A DNA stretch of 22,170 bases from Pseudomonadota bacterium (GCA_037142195.1 JBAXBA010000063.1:1-22170); one strand, 5' to 3'; positions 8,451-17,692 are shown, numbered from the stretch's first letter. The notes: a model not told the origin generated them from the letters alone. A program made the numbers and translations.

Positions 8451-8481
8451 CAATTTCAATTTCAATTTCAATTTCAATTTC
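8448..8481. repeat. Hexanucleotide tandem repeat (TTTCAA)x5.7
   Basis: Five perfect TTTCAA units at 8448-8477 plus TTTC, read directly from the sequence. Confidence 0.95.
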
Positions 8482-9259
8482 TCGCAAATTCAGAGTCAGT
8501 CGCAAGCTTTTCAAAAAGACGTTTGTTTTTAAAAATAGAGGAGAGATAGACTTTAACTTCGGTTTTTCCGCAGCTACCAACTGAGGTTTTCACCTCATTA
8601 TTGAGGGAACTAAGAGCTTCTGTAAGGCCGCACCGGTGAAGAAGTGCCGCAAATATTTCAGTCTTCTCTGTATCCAGTTCAAGGCCCGCACTGTGAATCT
8701 TCTTATTGACGTTTGCTTGAATGAAGGCAGCAGTATGTTCGATGCTATTCGCCGGGCTTAAACGAGTGGATAAGCCATTAAACCAGCACCCATCGATCTG
8801 ATACCAAGGCCTTGTCACTTCTGAATTGCCGCCTTCGACACAAAACGATTTCATTTTTGAAAAATTGCTAGCAGTGATTCCCATAAGTCCAAATGCTGTC
8901 GATTCTGGCTTAAGAAGATCAAGAGGGCCACGCTTTAAATTAAAAGACCACTTAGGTGCGGAAACAAAGGATCCATGGCTTTCAGTCTGGGCAAGGGCGG
9001 CCAAAAAAACCGGAGAAAGATCTTTTGTGGAATAATTGCGGAAATAGGTTTTGTACTCATCCCAGGTGTCTTGTGGGGTGTGGGTTCTCGTCGGAATAAG
9101 CAAACCTAATAGACTCAGTGAGTCATGAAAAAGTTGTGTCGTTAAAGAAATGCTGAGGCAAATTAAGAATCCGATCCCTATCCCAGTAGCCCACTTTACA
9201 GCAGTGCCATAGCGATTTTTTTTCTTATTAAAAATTCTTCTTTTTTTGCGACCTGACAT
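8474..9259 (-). CDS. Membrane-anchored lytic transglycosylase (SLT-like) protein
   Basis: Start moved to ATG 9259 (AGGAGA RBS). Basic N-tail and TM helix; motif I LAALAQTES (catalytic Glu-Ser) and motif II A.GLMGI (GLMQ variant). Confidence 0.7.
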   Translation of the reverse strand: MSGRKKRRIFNKKKNRYGTAVKWATGIGIGFLICLSISLTTQLFHDSLSLLGLLIPTRTHTPQDTWDEYKTYFRNYSTKDLSPVFLAALAQTESHGSFVSAPKWSFNLKRGPLDLLKPESTAFGLMGITASNFSKMKSFCVEGGNSEVTRPWYQIDGCWFNGLSTRLSPANSIEHTAAFIQANVNKKIHSAGLELDTEKTEIFAALLHRCGLTEALSSLNNEVKTSVGSCGKTEVKVYLSSIFKNKRLFEKLATDSEFARN

Positions 9260-9516
9260 GGTATGTCTCCTAACTCTTCTAATTGTGAAAGAAATCACGG
9301 GATTAGGAGGTTGAACTTTTTTGCCGGGTCCTAGGGGTGAGCCTTAAATTGATTGAAACTATCCGATTTTATTGATGGAAATCTCTTTAAGGGTTTCTTA
9401 CTTGATCGGAGGATGGACGCATACCAGTAAGCAATAAATGCCTTATCTTACCCAAATCCTAGGAATATAAGCATTCCGTGAGAACCGCATGAGGCCTGTC
9501 GACCAGAAATAGGGAG

Positions 9517-9810
9517 TCATGATTTTAAATTAAACTCTCTTTCATTACCTAAGGCTAGGGTATTAAATCGTATCAACCCACGAAGCTGATGATCATCATA
9601 AGGATTGATGAGCTCGGCAATTTTTTCGGCTCTTTCCGCGATGCGACGTTCTGTCAAATCCTCATCATTCAGGGAGTCAGAAACCATTTGCATCAATTCT
9701 TCAAAAAGGTTTACGCGTGTCGCCTCTTCCATAAAAACTAGATTTTCCTCAAGGTAATCATCGAGGTCACTATCAGGTAAGGAAAATAACATTTTTAAAA
9801 AATGTTCCAC
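9517..9810 (-). CDS. Small acidic helical hypothetical protein
   Basis: D/E-rich ORF with protein-like composition. GTG 9810 is preceded by GAGG at 6 nt spacing (the ORF track opens at TTG 9822). Confidence 0.6.
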   Translation of the reverse strand: MEHFLKMLFSLPDSDLDDYLEENLVFMEEATRVNLFEELMQMVSDSLNDEDLTERRIAERAEKIAELINPYDDHQLRGLIRFNTLALGNEREFNLKS

Positions 9811-10169
9811 TTTAAGCCTCAATGCAAAATATAAGGGGAATGGCTAAACTTAGGTGGAGTTGTCTCCATGAGGAGCAAAAAACATAGCTCCGCCCCTTGC
9901 TTTAGCAAAAGTAGTAATCTAAGGCTAGAAAAAATTGCCAGAGACCAAATTCCTAACCTGATTGTGTCAAGGCCTACTCCAGGTTAAGTACAAGTATTAA
10001 ATAGGAATTTAGAAAGAGATTGGGCTATGGCACCTAAAATCAGGGGGAGGTTTCCATTAAGAGAATCCTCTATCGTGATGGCGTTCCCAGGTCAGATCTT
10101 AAAGCGAGGAATTTTAGGGAGCTTTTACGGCCTACCATACCGTTGCCATAGCTGTCATGGCCATTTGCC

Positions 10170-10811
10170 TTAAAAGAGCAGCAGCTCTGGTTTAATTCTA
10201 TCGATGTCGACATGATAGATGCTGTGATGATCAATTTGAGTCCTTAGCAATTCCAAATTGCCAGACTCCAAGGCTAGGAATATTTTGATGATCCCCCCGT
10301 GACAGACAATCAAGTCATTGTTTTTAGGAGTCCAGTGGCAAAGAGCTTTCTTAATTCGTATTTCCACTTGGGCGAGTGTCTCACCACCTGGTGGTGCTGA
10401 TTTCAGCCAGGTCTCTAACCAAAGAGCAGATTCTATAGGAAAGCGCTCTGCAATTTCGGACCAAGTAAGTCCCTCCCATGCGCCAAAATTCATTTCAGCA
10501 AATAAGGGCTCTAGGGTGACTTCTCGTTTGAGCTTAGACTCTGTCAAAACGTGGGAAGCTGTTTGCTGAGCACGTCTCAAAGAAGAAGAAAACACACGAC
10601 TTGGCGGATCCGATTGCAACGAACTCAGGGTAGCCTTCATGGCCTCGTCTTTTGGAAAGGGAGGCTGGCGCCAAGCTTCATGAATATCCACATCGCGGCT
10701 ACCATTAAATTCCCCTGGTCTGCCAGCGGTGGGAAGATGTCTTAAAAGTCTCAATGATTCTCCCAGTTGATAAGGTCTCAAGTGCCGGTCTTTATGCGGA
10801 GGATGACCCAT
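10170..10811 (-). CDS. cobC: Histidine phosphatase family protein, alpha-ribazole/adenosylcobalamin-5'-phosphate phosphatase
   Basis: LLRH, SSSLRRAQQTA, AEMNFGAWEG, PPGGET and VCHGGII motifs; directly follows cobS. Exact start uncertain. Confidence 0.8.
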   Translation of the reverse strand: MGHPPHKDRHLRPYQLGESLRLLRHLPTAGRPGEFNGSRDVDIHEAWRQPPFPKDEAMKATLSSLQSDPPSRVFSSSLRRAQQTASHVLTESKLKREVTLEPLFAEMNFGAWEGLTWSEIAERFPIESALWLETWLKSAPPGGETLAQVEIRIKKALCHWTPKNNDLIVCHGGIIKIFLALESGNLELLRTQIDHHSIYHVDIDRIKPELLLF

Positions 10812-11539
10812 GCTGTAAGAAGCTCTATAGCTATATTTACAGAACCAAGGAGATCACCCGTATAACCGCCAACTTGACGGATGAAGTACTTTCGCAATCC
10901 CATTAAACAGGATCCATTTACGAGACATAGTATCAGTAGTGTTTTTAGGTCCGTCACAAAAAAAGTAAATCCTAGAACAACAGCAAAAGAAAATATCATA
11001 TCCCGGGCCGTCACTTGATTTAGGATGGGTTTATTGGCAGATCCACTAGAAACGTATTCCGTAGTCAGAGCAATCGGAAGACTTGAGCTTCTTGCCCACA
11101 TCCAACTCAAGGGTATCATCGTGAGTAGCATTTCAGGGGATTCGGTCCAAAGAACAACTCTAAAAAGTAGGATTAATACCAAACCGGTCGCGCCATAGGT
11201 ACCAATTCGTGAGTCTTTCATGATTTCTAGTTTTCTCTCACGATGGAAGGCCCCGCCAAGTCCGTCTAGGGAGTCCGCTACTCCATCCTCATGAAAGGCG
11301 CCTGTTAGGGCGATTCCAAATGCCACTAGAATGATGGCCACTTGGTTTAAGGGGATATGAAATAGCGAAAATGCATGGGATACAAGGGCAATCATGAGTC
11401 CTAAAATAAGACCGACAACCGGAAAATATTTGATGGCATGAGCAAGCTCATCACTTGTAGGATTCAGGTCTTTAGCAATAGGAAGCCGGGTTAAAAACTG
11501 TGTGGCTGTAGCAAGGAGTCTTATTTCTGATCTCAACAT
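10778..11539 (-). CDS. cobS: Adenosylcobinamide-GDP ribazoletransferase (cobalamin synthase)
   Basis: QFLTRLP, YFPVVG, LTGAFHEDGVADSLDG, LEIMKDSRIGTYG and GGYTGDLLG motifs; polytopic membrane protein. Confidence 0.95.
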   Translation of the reverse strand: MLRSEIRLLATATQFLTRLPIAKDLNPTSDELAHAIKYFPVVGLILGLMIALVSHAFSLFHIPLNQVAIILVAFGIALTGAFHEDGVADSLDGLGGAFHRERKLEIMKDSRIGTYGATGLVLILLFRVVLWTESPEMLLTMIPLSWMWARSSSLPIALTTEYVSSGSANKPILNQVTARDMIFSFAVVLGFTFFVTDLKTLLILCLVNGSCLMGLRKYFIRQVGGYTGDLLGSVNIAIELLTAWVILRIKTGT

Positions 11540-12565
11540 CTAAGATAAACTTTCTAAAACTTCAGAGATAGTTGCCATCTCGTTGGCTAGAGCAATGGCT
11601 GCTTTTAAAATGGGAAGTGCGGTTGCTGCGGCAGATCCTTCGCCTAAGCGAAGTCCTAAGCTTAAGATGGGTTGACCCATATCCAGAGCTGAAAGAGCTT
11701 TATGGTGGTGAGGCTCCCCTGACAATGTTGCTGGAATGATAACTCGTTTTACGTCGGGATTTATACCATGGGCGATTTGACATGCAGCTCCGCAAATAAA
11801 TCCATCAAGAAGAACCGGAATATTTTTTGCTTCGGCCTCTAAGTAGAAACCTACTAAAGCAGCGATTTCAAATCCACCCAAACTTGCCAATACATCTAGA
11901 GGCTCCTTAGCAGACGAGCGTTTCAATGCCTTCGCAATGATGGTGGATTTATGCAGGATTCCACTTTGGTCTAATCCAGCCCCAGGGCCGGTCAGCTGCT
12001 CTGGAGGCAAATTGAGAAGTCGGCAGTAGATGGACGTGGCTGCGGTCGTATTTCCAATTCCCATTTCGCCAGCAATCGCAATGGTTGACCCTTCGTTTTG
12101 TAGGCGCCTCAGCGCGAGTCTGCCGGCTTCTAATGCCTTTTCGCACTCTTCTTTTGACATGGCATTTTGAATAGCGATATTTTGAGTGGGATTCTTTGAA
12201 ACGCCAGCATCGACATATTGGATAGGGTCCGACTTGAATCGGGGTCCGTCATAATTCCTGACTCCGCAATTTACGATTTCGAGGGAGGCCTGATGTAAAC
12301 GTGCTAATACAGAAATGGCAGCGCGCCCACTCAAGAAAGTGTCCACCATGGCTTTGGTAATAGAGGAATCAAAAAGGGAAACTTTTTCCTGAATCGCAAC
12401 ACCATGATCAGCCGCAAAAATAACTATTTTGGGTTTATGGTACTGAGGCGGAAAGATTTGTTGTGCTTCGCTAACTTTAGCTGCCAAATGTTCTAACTCA
12501 CCAAGACTTCCTAATGGCTTGGCAAGAAGGTTCATATGATTTCTAGTTTTTTGATAGAAATTCAT
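11540..12565 (-). CDS. cobT: Nicotinate-nucleotide--dimethylbenzimidazole phosphoribosyltransferase
   Basis: AKPLGSLGELE, FAADHGV, GEMGIGNTT, GPGAGL, GGFEIA, LDGFI and LGLRLGEGS motifs; AGGAGA RBS. Confidence 0.95.
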   Translation of the reverse strand: MNFYQKTRNHMNLLAKPLGSLGELEHLAAKVSEAQQIFPPQYHKPKIVIFAADHGVAIQEKVSLFDSSITKAMVDTFLSGRAAISVLARLHQASLEIVNCGVRNYDGPRFKSDPIQYVDAGVSKNPTQNIAIQNAMSKEECEKALEAGRLALRRLQNEGSTIAIAGEMGIGNTTAATSIYCRLLNLPPEQLTGPGAGLDQSGILHKSTIIAKALKRSSAKEPLDVLASLGGFEIAALVGFYLEAEAKNIPVLLDGFICGAACQIAHGINPDVKRVIIPATLSGEPHHHKALSALDMGQPILSLGLRLGEGSAAATALPILKAAIALANEMATISEVLESLS

Positions 12566-12889
12566 TCGTGTCTCCTAAAGGACCTCGACTCTACTTAAAA
12601 AGTAGAGGATAGCAATACTTAAAGTTCTAGGCCGCCATTCCTGGTGAAGGCCGAAAAAACTCCTTAAAAATAGAGACATAAGTCTGATATGCAAATGTAC
12701 ACAGTCCTTAGGAAACATTAAAAATCTTTCTCATTCCTAACCCGCCCATTTGTGCCGCGTCTCATACCAAGTATGGATTGCCTTTTGGCCTGCTTTTTCA
12801 ACCTCTACATATCTTAATCTTGAGGGAGTCACTTTAGTTTTTATAACGGATAGTAGGCAACGAATCTCTAAATGTAAGCTTATACATGA

Positions 12890-12925
12890 AAACCTTGCTG
12901 ACACTGAAAAGTGTTAGCAAGGTTT
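12890..12925 (-). terminator. Long hairpin, probable terminator of the S8 protease gene
   Basis: AAACCTTGCTGACACT-gaaa-AGTGTTAGCAAGGTTT, a 16-bp stem with one mismatch, about 40 nt after the stop at 12967. The minus strand ends in GGTTTTC. Confidence 0.65.
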
Positions 12926-12966
12926 CCAAGTTTCTTTTCCATTCCGACTCGTTCGAAACAAAAAAT

Positions 12967-14154
12967 CTAGAGTTTTGAAGCTGTCGATATTCCGGAAATG
13001 ACGTGAGAGGACACTTTATTAACGATCTCTGTGTTTGCAATAATTGCCGTTTTAAGCTCTAGTGCGCTTGGTTCTCGGCCTAGAGAGTTTCGTAATGACT
13101 GAAGGATTAATGCAGCAACGCCTGAAACATGGGGAGATGCCATGGAAGTGCCAGAAGCTTGCGTATAGCCACCTTTATAATTAATGGATAAGATATTTGA
13201 ACCGGGAGCTGCCACATGAGTTGTCTTTTTGCCGTAATTGCTAAAATAGCTGAGGGAGTCATCCGAACTTGTCGCAGCAACTGCAATCAAATTGTCTGTT
13301 TGATAGCTCGCAGGATAGCTTGGTTTTACATCAATATTTTTTGAATCATTTCCAGCAGAGGCGATTACAACCGCTCCTTTGCTACTAGCATAAACTATGG
13401 CGTCGTAGAGAACCTTACTTTCATTTTCAGCTTCTGGGGCTCCGCCCCAAGAACAGTTAATGATCTTTGCTCCCATATCGGCGGCATACAAAATGCCCTT
13501 GACTACGGACTCTTCCGTTCCTTCGCCAGCGCTTGAGTGAGTTTTAACTGCCATAATGCGGGCGTTCGGGGCAACCCCATAAAAGAAATCTTTTGCATTG
13601 AGACCGGCAATGGTTCCAGCTACATGGCTGCCATGCATCATGTCGTCTTTGGGATCAGCCTTGTTTCCAATAAAATCGTATCCATAAATATCATCCACCA
13701 ACCCATTGCCGTCGTCATCTACCCCAGGCTTTCCATTCTTTTCAGCTTCATTTACCCACATATTTTGTGAAATGGCCGGATGATTATAGTTCACTCCTGT
13801 ATCCACAACAGCAACGACAACGCCCTCACCATCAATTCCTTTGGCCCAAGCTTGAGGCGCTGCCACTCTTTTGATTCCCCAAAGTGCTCTCTGAGGCTGG
13901 TCGTAAGCATCCAAAATCATCGGACCTACTTGATAGGTCCGATCTTTCTCTACCTCGACGACTGCAGGTGAAAGATTTAGCTCGAGGGACGATGTTTTAA
14001 CCCACATCAAATTTTTGTGGACTCGCTCTGCAGTAGGATTTTGTTCTAGATAACTTTGAATGCTACTTTCGGATTGGAACTTAAGAAAGCGGGCTTCGGC
14101 TGCAAAACTTGTGTGCGCAAACATAATTACAGAAAGCAAAATACTTTTTTTCAT
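12967..14154 (-). CDS. Secreted S8 (subtilisin-like) serine protease
   Basis: Signal peptide ending SFA, propeptide, catalytic D (VAVVDTG), H (HGSHVAG) and S (GTSMASP), oxyanion SAGN, and a Ca-loop GVDDDGNG.VDD.YGYDF; GGAGA RBS. Confidence 0.95.
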   Translation of the reverse strand: MKKSILLSVIMFAHTSFAAEARFLKFQSESSIQSYLEQNPTAERVHKNLMWVKTSSLELNLSPAVVEVEKDRTYQVGPMILDAYDQPQRALWGIKRVAAPQAWAKGIDGEGVVVAVVDTGVNYNHPAISQNMWVNEAEKNGKPGVDDDGNGLVDDIYGYDFIGNKADPKDDMMHGSHVAGTIAGLNAKDFFYGVAPNARIMAVKTHSSAGEGTEESVVKGILYAADMGAKIINCSWGGAPEAENESKVLYDAIVYASSKGAVVIASAGNDSKNIDVKPSYPASYQTDNLIAVAATSSDDSLSYFSNYGKKTTHVAAPGSNILSINYKGGYTQASGTSMASPHVSGVAALILQSLRNSLGREPSALELKTAIIANTEIVNKVSSHVISGISTASKL

Positions 14155-14223
14155 TGTATGTCTCCGTAGATTTTTTTTTAGCTTAAACGGTATAGAGAAA
14201 AAGTTCCAATGAATAAAGTCAAT

Positions 14224-15312
14224 CTAAGTAGATAAAAGGTTAGCGACGTCAGAAATGCCGTGGCCAAAGCCACCGGGGAATTCGATGTAGGGACCACTGA
14301 TGTTGACCGCGCCAACAAATGGATCTATTTATTGCATAGGATAAGCAACAAGGTCTAAGTAGTTTATGGAAGGTCGGGCACATGCTAGGGCCGCCGCGCA
14401 GGTGATTCCAAGTTTAGACTCGAGCATGCTTGAAATCATGCACTCCTTTCCATACTCGGTCGCTAAGTCTATAATCCTCAAGGCCTCATCTATACCACCC
14501 GTCTTCATCAGTTTGACGTTAAAAAGGTCACAGGCGTCCATTTGGGCAAGGGTCAAGGCGTCGCGGTAGCTAAAACAAGACTCATCAGCGAGGATGCGAA
14601 GCGGCGAAGATTTACTCACTTTCTTAAGCCCTTCAAAATCTCTACTCTTCACAGGCTGTTCGACGAAGGGAATATGAAAACCCAAGTCAGCAAGTTTGGC
14701 GCAGATCTTTATGCTGTCATCTACGGACCACGCTTGATTGGCATCCACGCGGTATTCAAATCTGTTATCAGTTCCAAGGACAACCCTTGAGATCCGCTCA
14801 AGATCCTCTTCGAGGACTCCTCCTACCTTTAACTTAAAGGACTCAAAGCCTTTAGATACGGCATCCAATGTGTCGGCCAGCATGGTTTCAGGTGTGTCAA
14901 GGCAAATGGTAATATCAGTGGTTAACTTTCGAAAATCTCCCCCCAAGGCGACGGGTAGGGAAATCCTATGCAGCTTGCACCAGGCGTCATATATAGCCAT
15001 GTCGATTGCCGCCTTCGCCGAGGAATTTCCTGGAAGCGAAGATTTGTTTAGGTCTTGGATGAGAACTCTATGGGAAAGGTCTAGACCTATCAAGGTTGGA
15101 GCAATAAAATCTTTGATTGCGCGTATAATACTTTCCTGACTTTCCCCTGTGATTGCCGGAGTCGGTGCTGCGCTACCAAATCCGAAAAGGCCATTGTCGC
15201 ATTGCACTTTGACGACAATATCGTGGCAGGCATCGACGGTTCTTAAGGCAGTCCGAAATGGTTTGTGGAGAGGAACTTCAATTCGGTAAACTTCAATGTT
15301 TTGAATCAACAT
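14224..15312 (-). pseudogene. L-Ala-D/L-Glu dipeptide epimerase (enolase superfamily, YkfB/YcjG-like) interrupted by an in-frame TAA at 14329-14331
   Basis: KLKVG, VDANQAW, EQP, ADES and NVKLMKTGG motifs. After the TAA the same frame continues IDPFVGAVNISGPYIEFPGGFGHGISDV..* to TAG at 14224, giving 362 codons with the family's DP..G...G..I....G.GI tail. It could be an intact gene carrying a sequence error. Confidence 0.75.
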
Positions 15313-15341
15313 AGGGTTCCTTTATTTAGTCAAGGATAGAT

Positions 15342-16367
15342 TTAAGCTAAAAGTTTTTTAGCATGTAGGTCTATTTTTTGGTAAAAGTCATTCAAGGTAA
15401 TTTTAACCTTGATTAGCTGTCCTTTTTCGTTCACTAAAGGCAGTTCTAGCATTTGAGCACCTTCAACTTTTTTGTCACGTATGACGTACTTCCAGAACTC
15501 TTTGAATTCAGAAAGATCAACTTTAGGTGCTAGAGATAGGCCTAAAATTCCAGCCAAATCCAAAACCTTCGAAGCCACTAAATTTTGGTCCATGATAGAG
15601 TGTTCCCAATACAATCCCCATAAGACAGCTGTTCCGTGTCGAAGATGAAAGTAAGCTTCAAAGGCATGTCCCAAGGTATGGCCTAAATTGAGAAATCGCC
15701 TTTCCTTAGAATCTAGGAAGTCTTTCTTGACGATCTCGATTTTGTATTGAGCGGCTGCATAAATGATGTCAGAAATGGTTTTTCTTGCTTGTATTTGTTC
15801 TTCAATCTCTTTGGAAAGCAGTGCATATTTGATGAGTTCTCCGCACCCAGACTCCATTTCCAAGGGATCTAAAGTAGATAAAAATTCCGCGCAAATTATA
15901 GTATTTATAGGCATATGAAAGGAACCAATAAGGTTCTTGCCGTATTTTGTATCAAGCCCAGTCTTTCCTCCGAGGGAAGCGTCGATCATGGCTAGAAAAG
16001 TCGTAGGAATAGAAATCCAAGAAACTCCCCTCAAAAGAACACTGGCAGTAAAGCCTACAAGATCGGTTAAACTGCCTCCGCCCATGCCAACGATTATCGA
16101 GTCTTTTCTTAGTCCTTTGGAAAGTATAGTTTCGGCCAAATCCTCAAAGGAAGCCACGGACTTTAGTTGCCAATGATTTGAAATTTTAACCAAAGAAATA
16201 CCGGATTCTTCTAACTTAGCTAGGAGATCTGGAAATAGATCAGCTAGAACCTGTTCGATTACAACCACCAAATGGGAGGAACTAAGTTCTTTTTTATCCA
16301 GATGGTGATGCGATAGCTTTCTCAAAATAGCAGGGATTTCGAGAAGATGTTCTGTTTTAGTCATCAT
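15342..16367 (-). CDS. aroB: 3-dehydroquinate synthase
   Basis: GGGSLTDLVGF, IPTTFLAMIDASLGGKTG, KNLIGSF, E.IKY, LNLGHTLGHAFE, HG.AV and DKK motifs; ATGA overlap with aroA. Confidence 0.92.
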   Translation of the reverse strand: MMTKTEHLLEIPAILRKLSHHHLDKKELSSSHLVVVIEQVLADLFPDLLAKLEESGISLVKISNHWQLKSVASFEDLAETILSKGLRKDSIIVGMGGGSLTDLVGFTASVLLRGVSWISIPTTFLAMIDASLGGKTGLDTKYGKNLIGSFHMPINTIICAEFLSTLDPLEMESGCGELIKYALLSKEIEEQIQARKTISDIIYAAAQYKIEIVKKDFLDSKERRFLNLGHTLGHAFEAYFHLRHGTAVLWGLYWEHSIMDQNLVASKVLDLAGILGLSLAPKVDLSEFKEFWKYVIRDKKVEGAQMLELPLVNEKGQLIKVKITLNDFYQKIDLHAKKLLA

Positions 16368-17692
16368 GGATGAAGCCCCAAGACAGGAATTCCTAATGAG
16401 TCTAGCACCGAGAAAAAATCAGGGTAGGTTTTTTCCGTACAAGCCGGATTTAGGATTTTCAGGGACTCTGTTCGAGATGCCAGGACTGCGAAGCTCATGG
16501 CACATCTATGATCGCCGCGTGGATCGATGACTCCTGACTTAATGGTGCCTGGGTGTACGATTATGCCACTTGCAGTAATCTCAGTGGTAATTCCAATGGC
16601 CGCGAGATTGTCATGCAAGCTTTGCAATCGGTTGGATTCGTGATAACGGATATGACCGATGCCAGTAAGTTCGACGGGTGCATCACATTGGGCCGCTAAG
16701 ACTCCTAAGGTTAAGGCTTGGTCCGAGTATTCGGTTAAATCAAAAACGAAGCCGCCTTTAAGATGAATGGGGCCTGTCACCTGAGTTGATTCCATGCTGT
16801 CGATGATCGTGCATCCCATTTGTGTCAGGGCGTCTAGTATTTTTTTGTCGGGTTGGTGGGTTTCAAAAGGCAAATTGGTTACGGTTACCGTGGTGCCATG
16901 GAGCGCAGCTAATGCAAACATATAACTTGCAGACGAGAAATCCGCTTCAATGGCAATATCGGCACCTTTGTACGGCTTAGGTTCAACGTGCCAGGAGGAG
17001 CCATTTCTTGTTACTTCGGCTCCAAAATTTTTCATCAAACTTTGCGTCATAGCTATGTATTCGGGCTGTACAAGAGTGTTTATGACCTGAACTTCTGTGG
17101 CGACTCGTGCTAAAGGAGCTGCCATCAGGAGACCGCTCACGAATTGGCTTGAAATAGACCCATCTATAGAAATTTTACCACCGAGGAGTTTATTGCCAGT
17201 GACGCTTAAAGGCAAACAGCCGGATTGATCTAGGAATGCTATGTTAGCGCCTAAGGCATTAAGGCAATCAACAAGTGGGTTTTGCGGTCTTCGCGTTAAA
17301 GTAGCATCTCCAGTGAGGAGCCATTTTCCGTCAGTGGTAGAAGCGCTCAGGAGGCCTGGCAAAAATCTTGCGATCGTGCCAGCGGCCCCCAAGTATAATT
17401 GGGCCTCTGAAAATGGGACTTGTCCTGATTGCCCCTCAACTTCAATAACGTCTTTGGAAACATGGTCTATATTAAAGCCTAGAGCTTTCATACAAAATAT
17501 CGCATGTCTCGTATCGTCTGCGTCAAGAAAGCCCGTCAATCGCGAGCGGCCTTCTGCAAAGGCCGCCATTAAGAGGGCCCGATTAGAAATACTTTTGCTC
17601 CCCGGCACGGTGAGACTCACATGTGAAGGTAGGTGACTAGGTCTTACTTCAAGAGACGACAGGTGCTGCAAAGAAGATGGCTGAGGTATCAC
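16364..17692 (-). CDS. aroA: 3-phosphoshikimate 1-carboxyvinyltransferase (EPSP synthase)
   Basis: PGSKSISNRAL, GAAGTIARF, RP, SSQFVSGLL, EAD.SSA.Y, DHRCAMSF and KTYPDF motifs. Start moved to GTG 17692 (AAAGGA RBS; GTGA overlap with the aroQ stop). Confidence 0.93.
   Translation of the reverse strand: MIPQPSSLQHLSSLEVRPSHLPSHVSLTVPGSKSISNRALLMAAFAEGRSRLTGFLDADDTRHAIFCMKALGFNIDHVSKDVIEVEGQSGQVPFSEAQLYLGAAGTIARFLPGLLSASTTDGKWLLTGDATLTRRPQNPLVDCLNALGANIAFLDQSGCLPLSVTGNKLLGGKISIDGSISSQFVSGLLMAAPLARVATEVQVINTLVQPEYIAMTQSLMKNFGAEVTRNGSSWHVEPKPYKGADIAIEADFSSASYMFALAALHGTTVTVTNLPFETHQPDKKILDALTQMGCTIIDSMESTQVTGPIHLKGGFVFDLTEYSDQALTLGVLAAQCDAPVELTGIGHIRYHESNRLQSLHDNLAAIGITTEITASGIIVHPGTIKSGVIDPRGDHRCAMSFAVLASRTESLKILNPACTEKTYPDFFSVLDSLGIPVLGLHP

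Noticed and set aside
8448..8481. Possible CRISPR-like repeat
   Set aside because: It consists of contiguous 6-nt units with no spacers, and there are no cas genes.
8375..8584. 69-aa ORF containing SISISISISIS
   Set aside because: It is a by-product of the (TTTCAA)n repeat and hairpins, and is antisense to the transglycosylase 3' end.
9345..9369. Second sigma28-like motif (TAAA-N13-TCCGATTT), possibly driving an sRNA or c-di-GMP riboswitch
   Set aside because: The spacer is non-canonical, there is no plus-strand gene downstream, and no GEMM-like core is visible.
10027..10173. 48-codon plus-strand ORF ending RCHSCHGHLP, which contains a CxxCH heme motif
   Set aside because: It has no RBS or signal peptide and the motif sits at the extreme C-terminus. 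It coincides with a small GCCAT..ATGGC inverted repeat just after the cobC stop, so it is most likely chance.
12566..12890. Cobalamin riboswitch expected upstream of cobT
   Set aside because: No GGGAA..GGTG..AA.TCC, GCCACTG or AGNCAG.A.ACC elements were found on the coding strand; only a small CTCTACT/AGTAGAG hairpin (12589-12607).
12834..13040. 68-aa minus-strand ORF overlapping the S8 protease end
   Set aside because: It runs through the terminator hairpin and shows no protease C-terminal homology or recognisable motif.
14329..14331. Stop-codon reassignment as an explanation for the in-frame TAA
   Set aside because: TAA, TAG and TGA all terminate other well-supported genes in this window at the expected positions.
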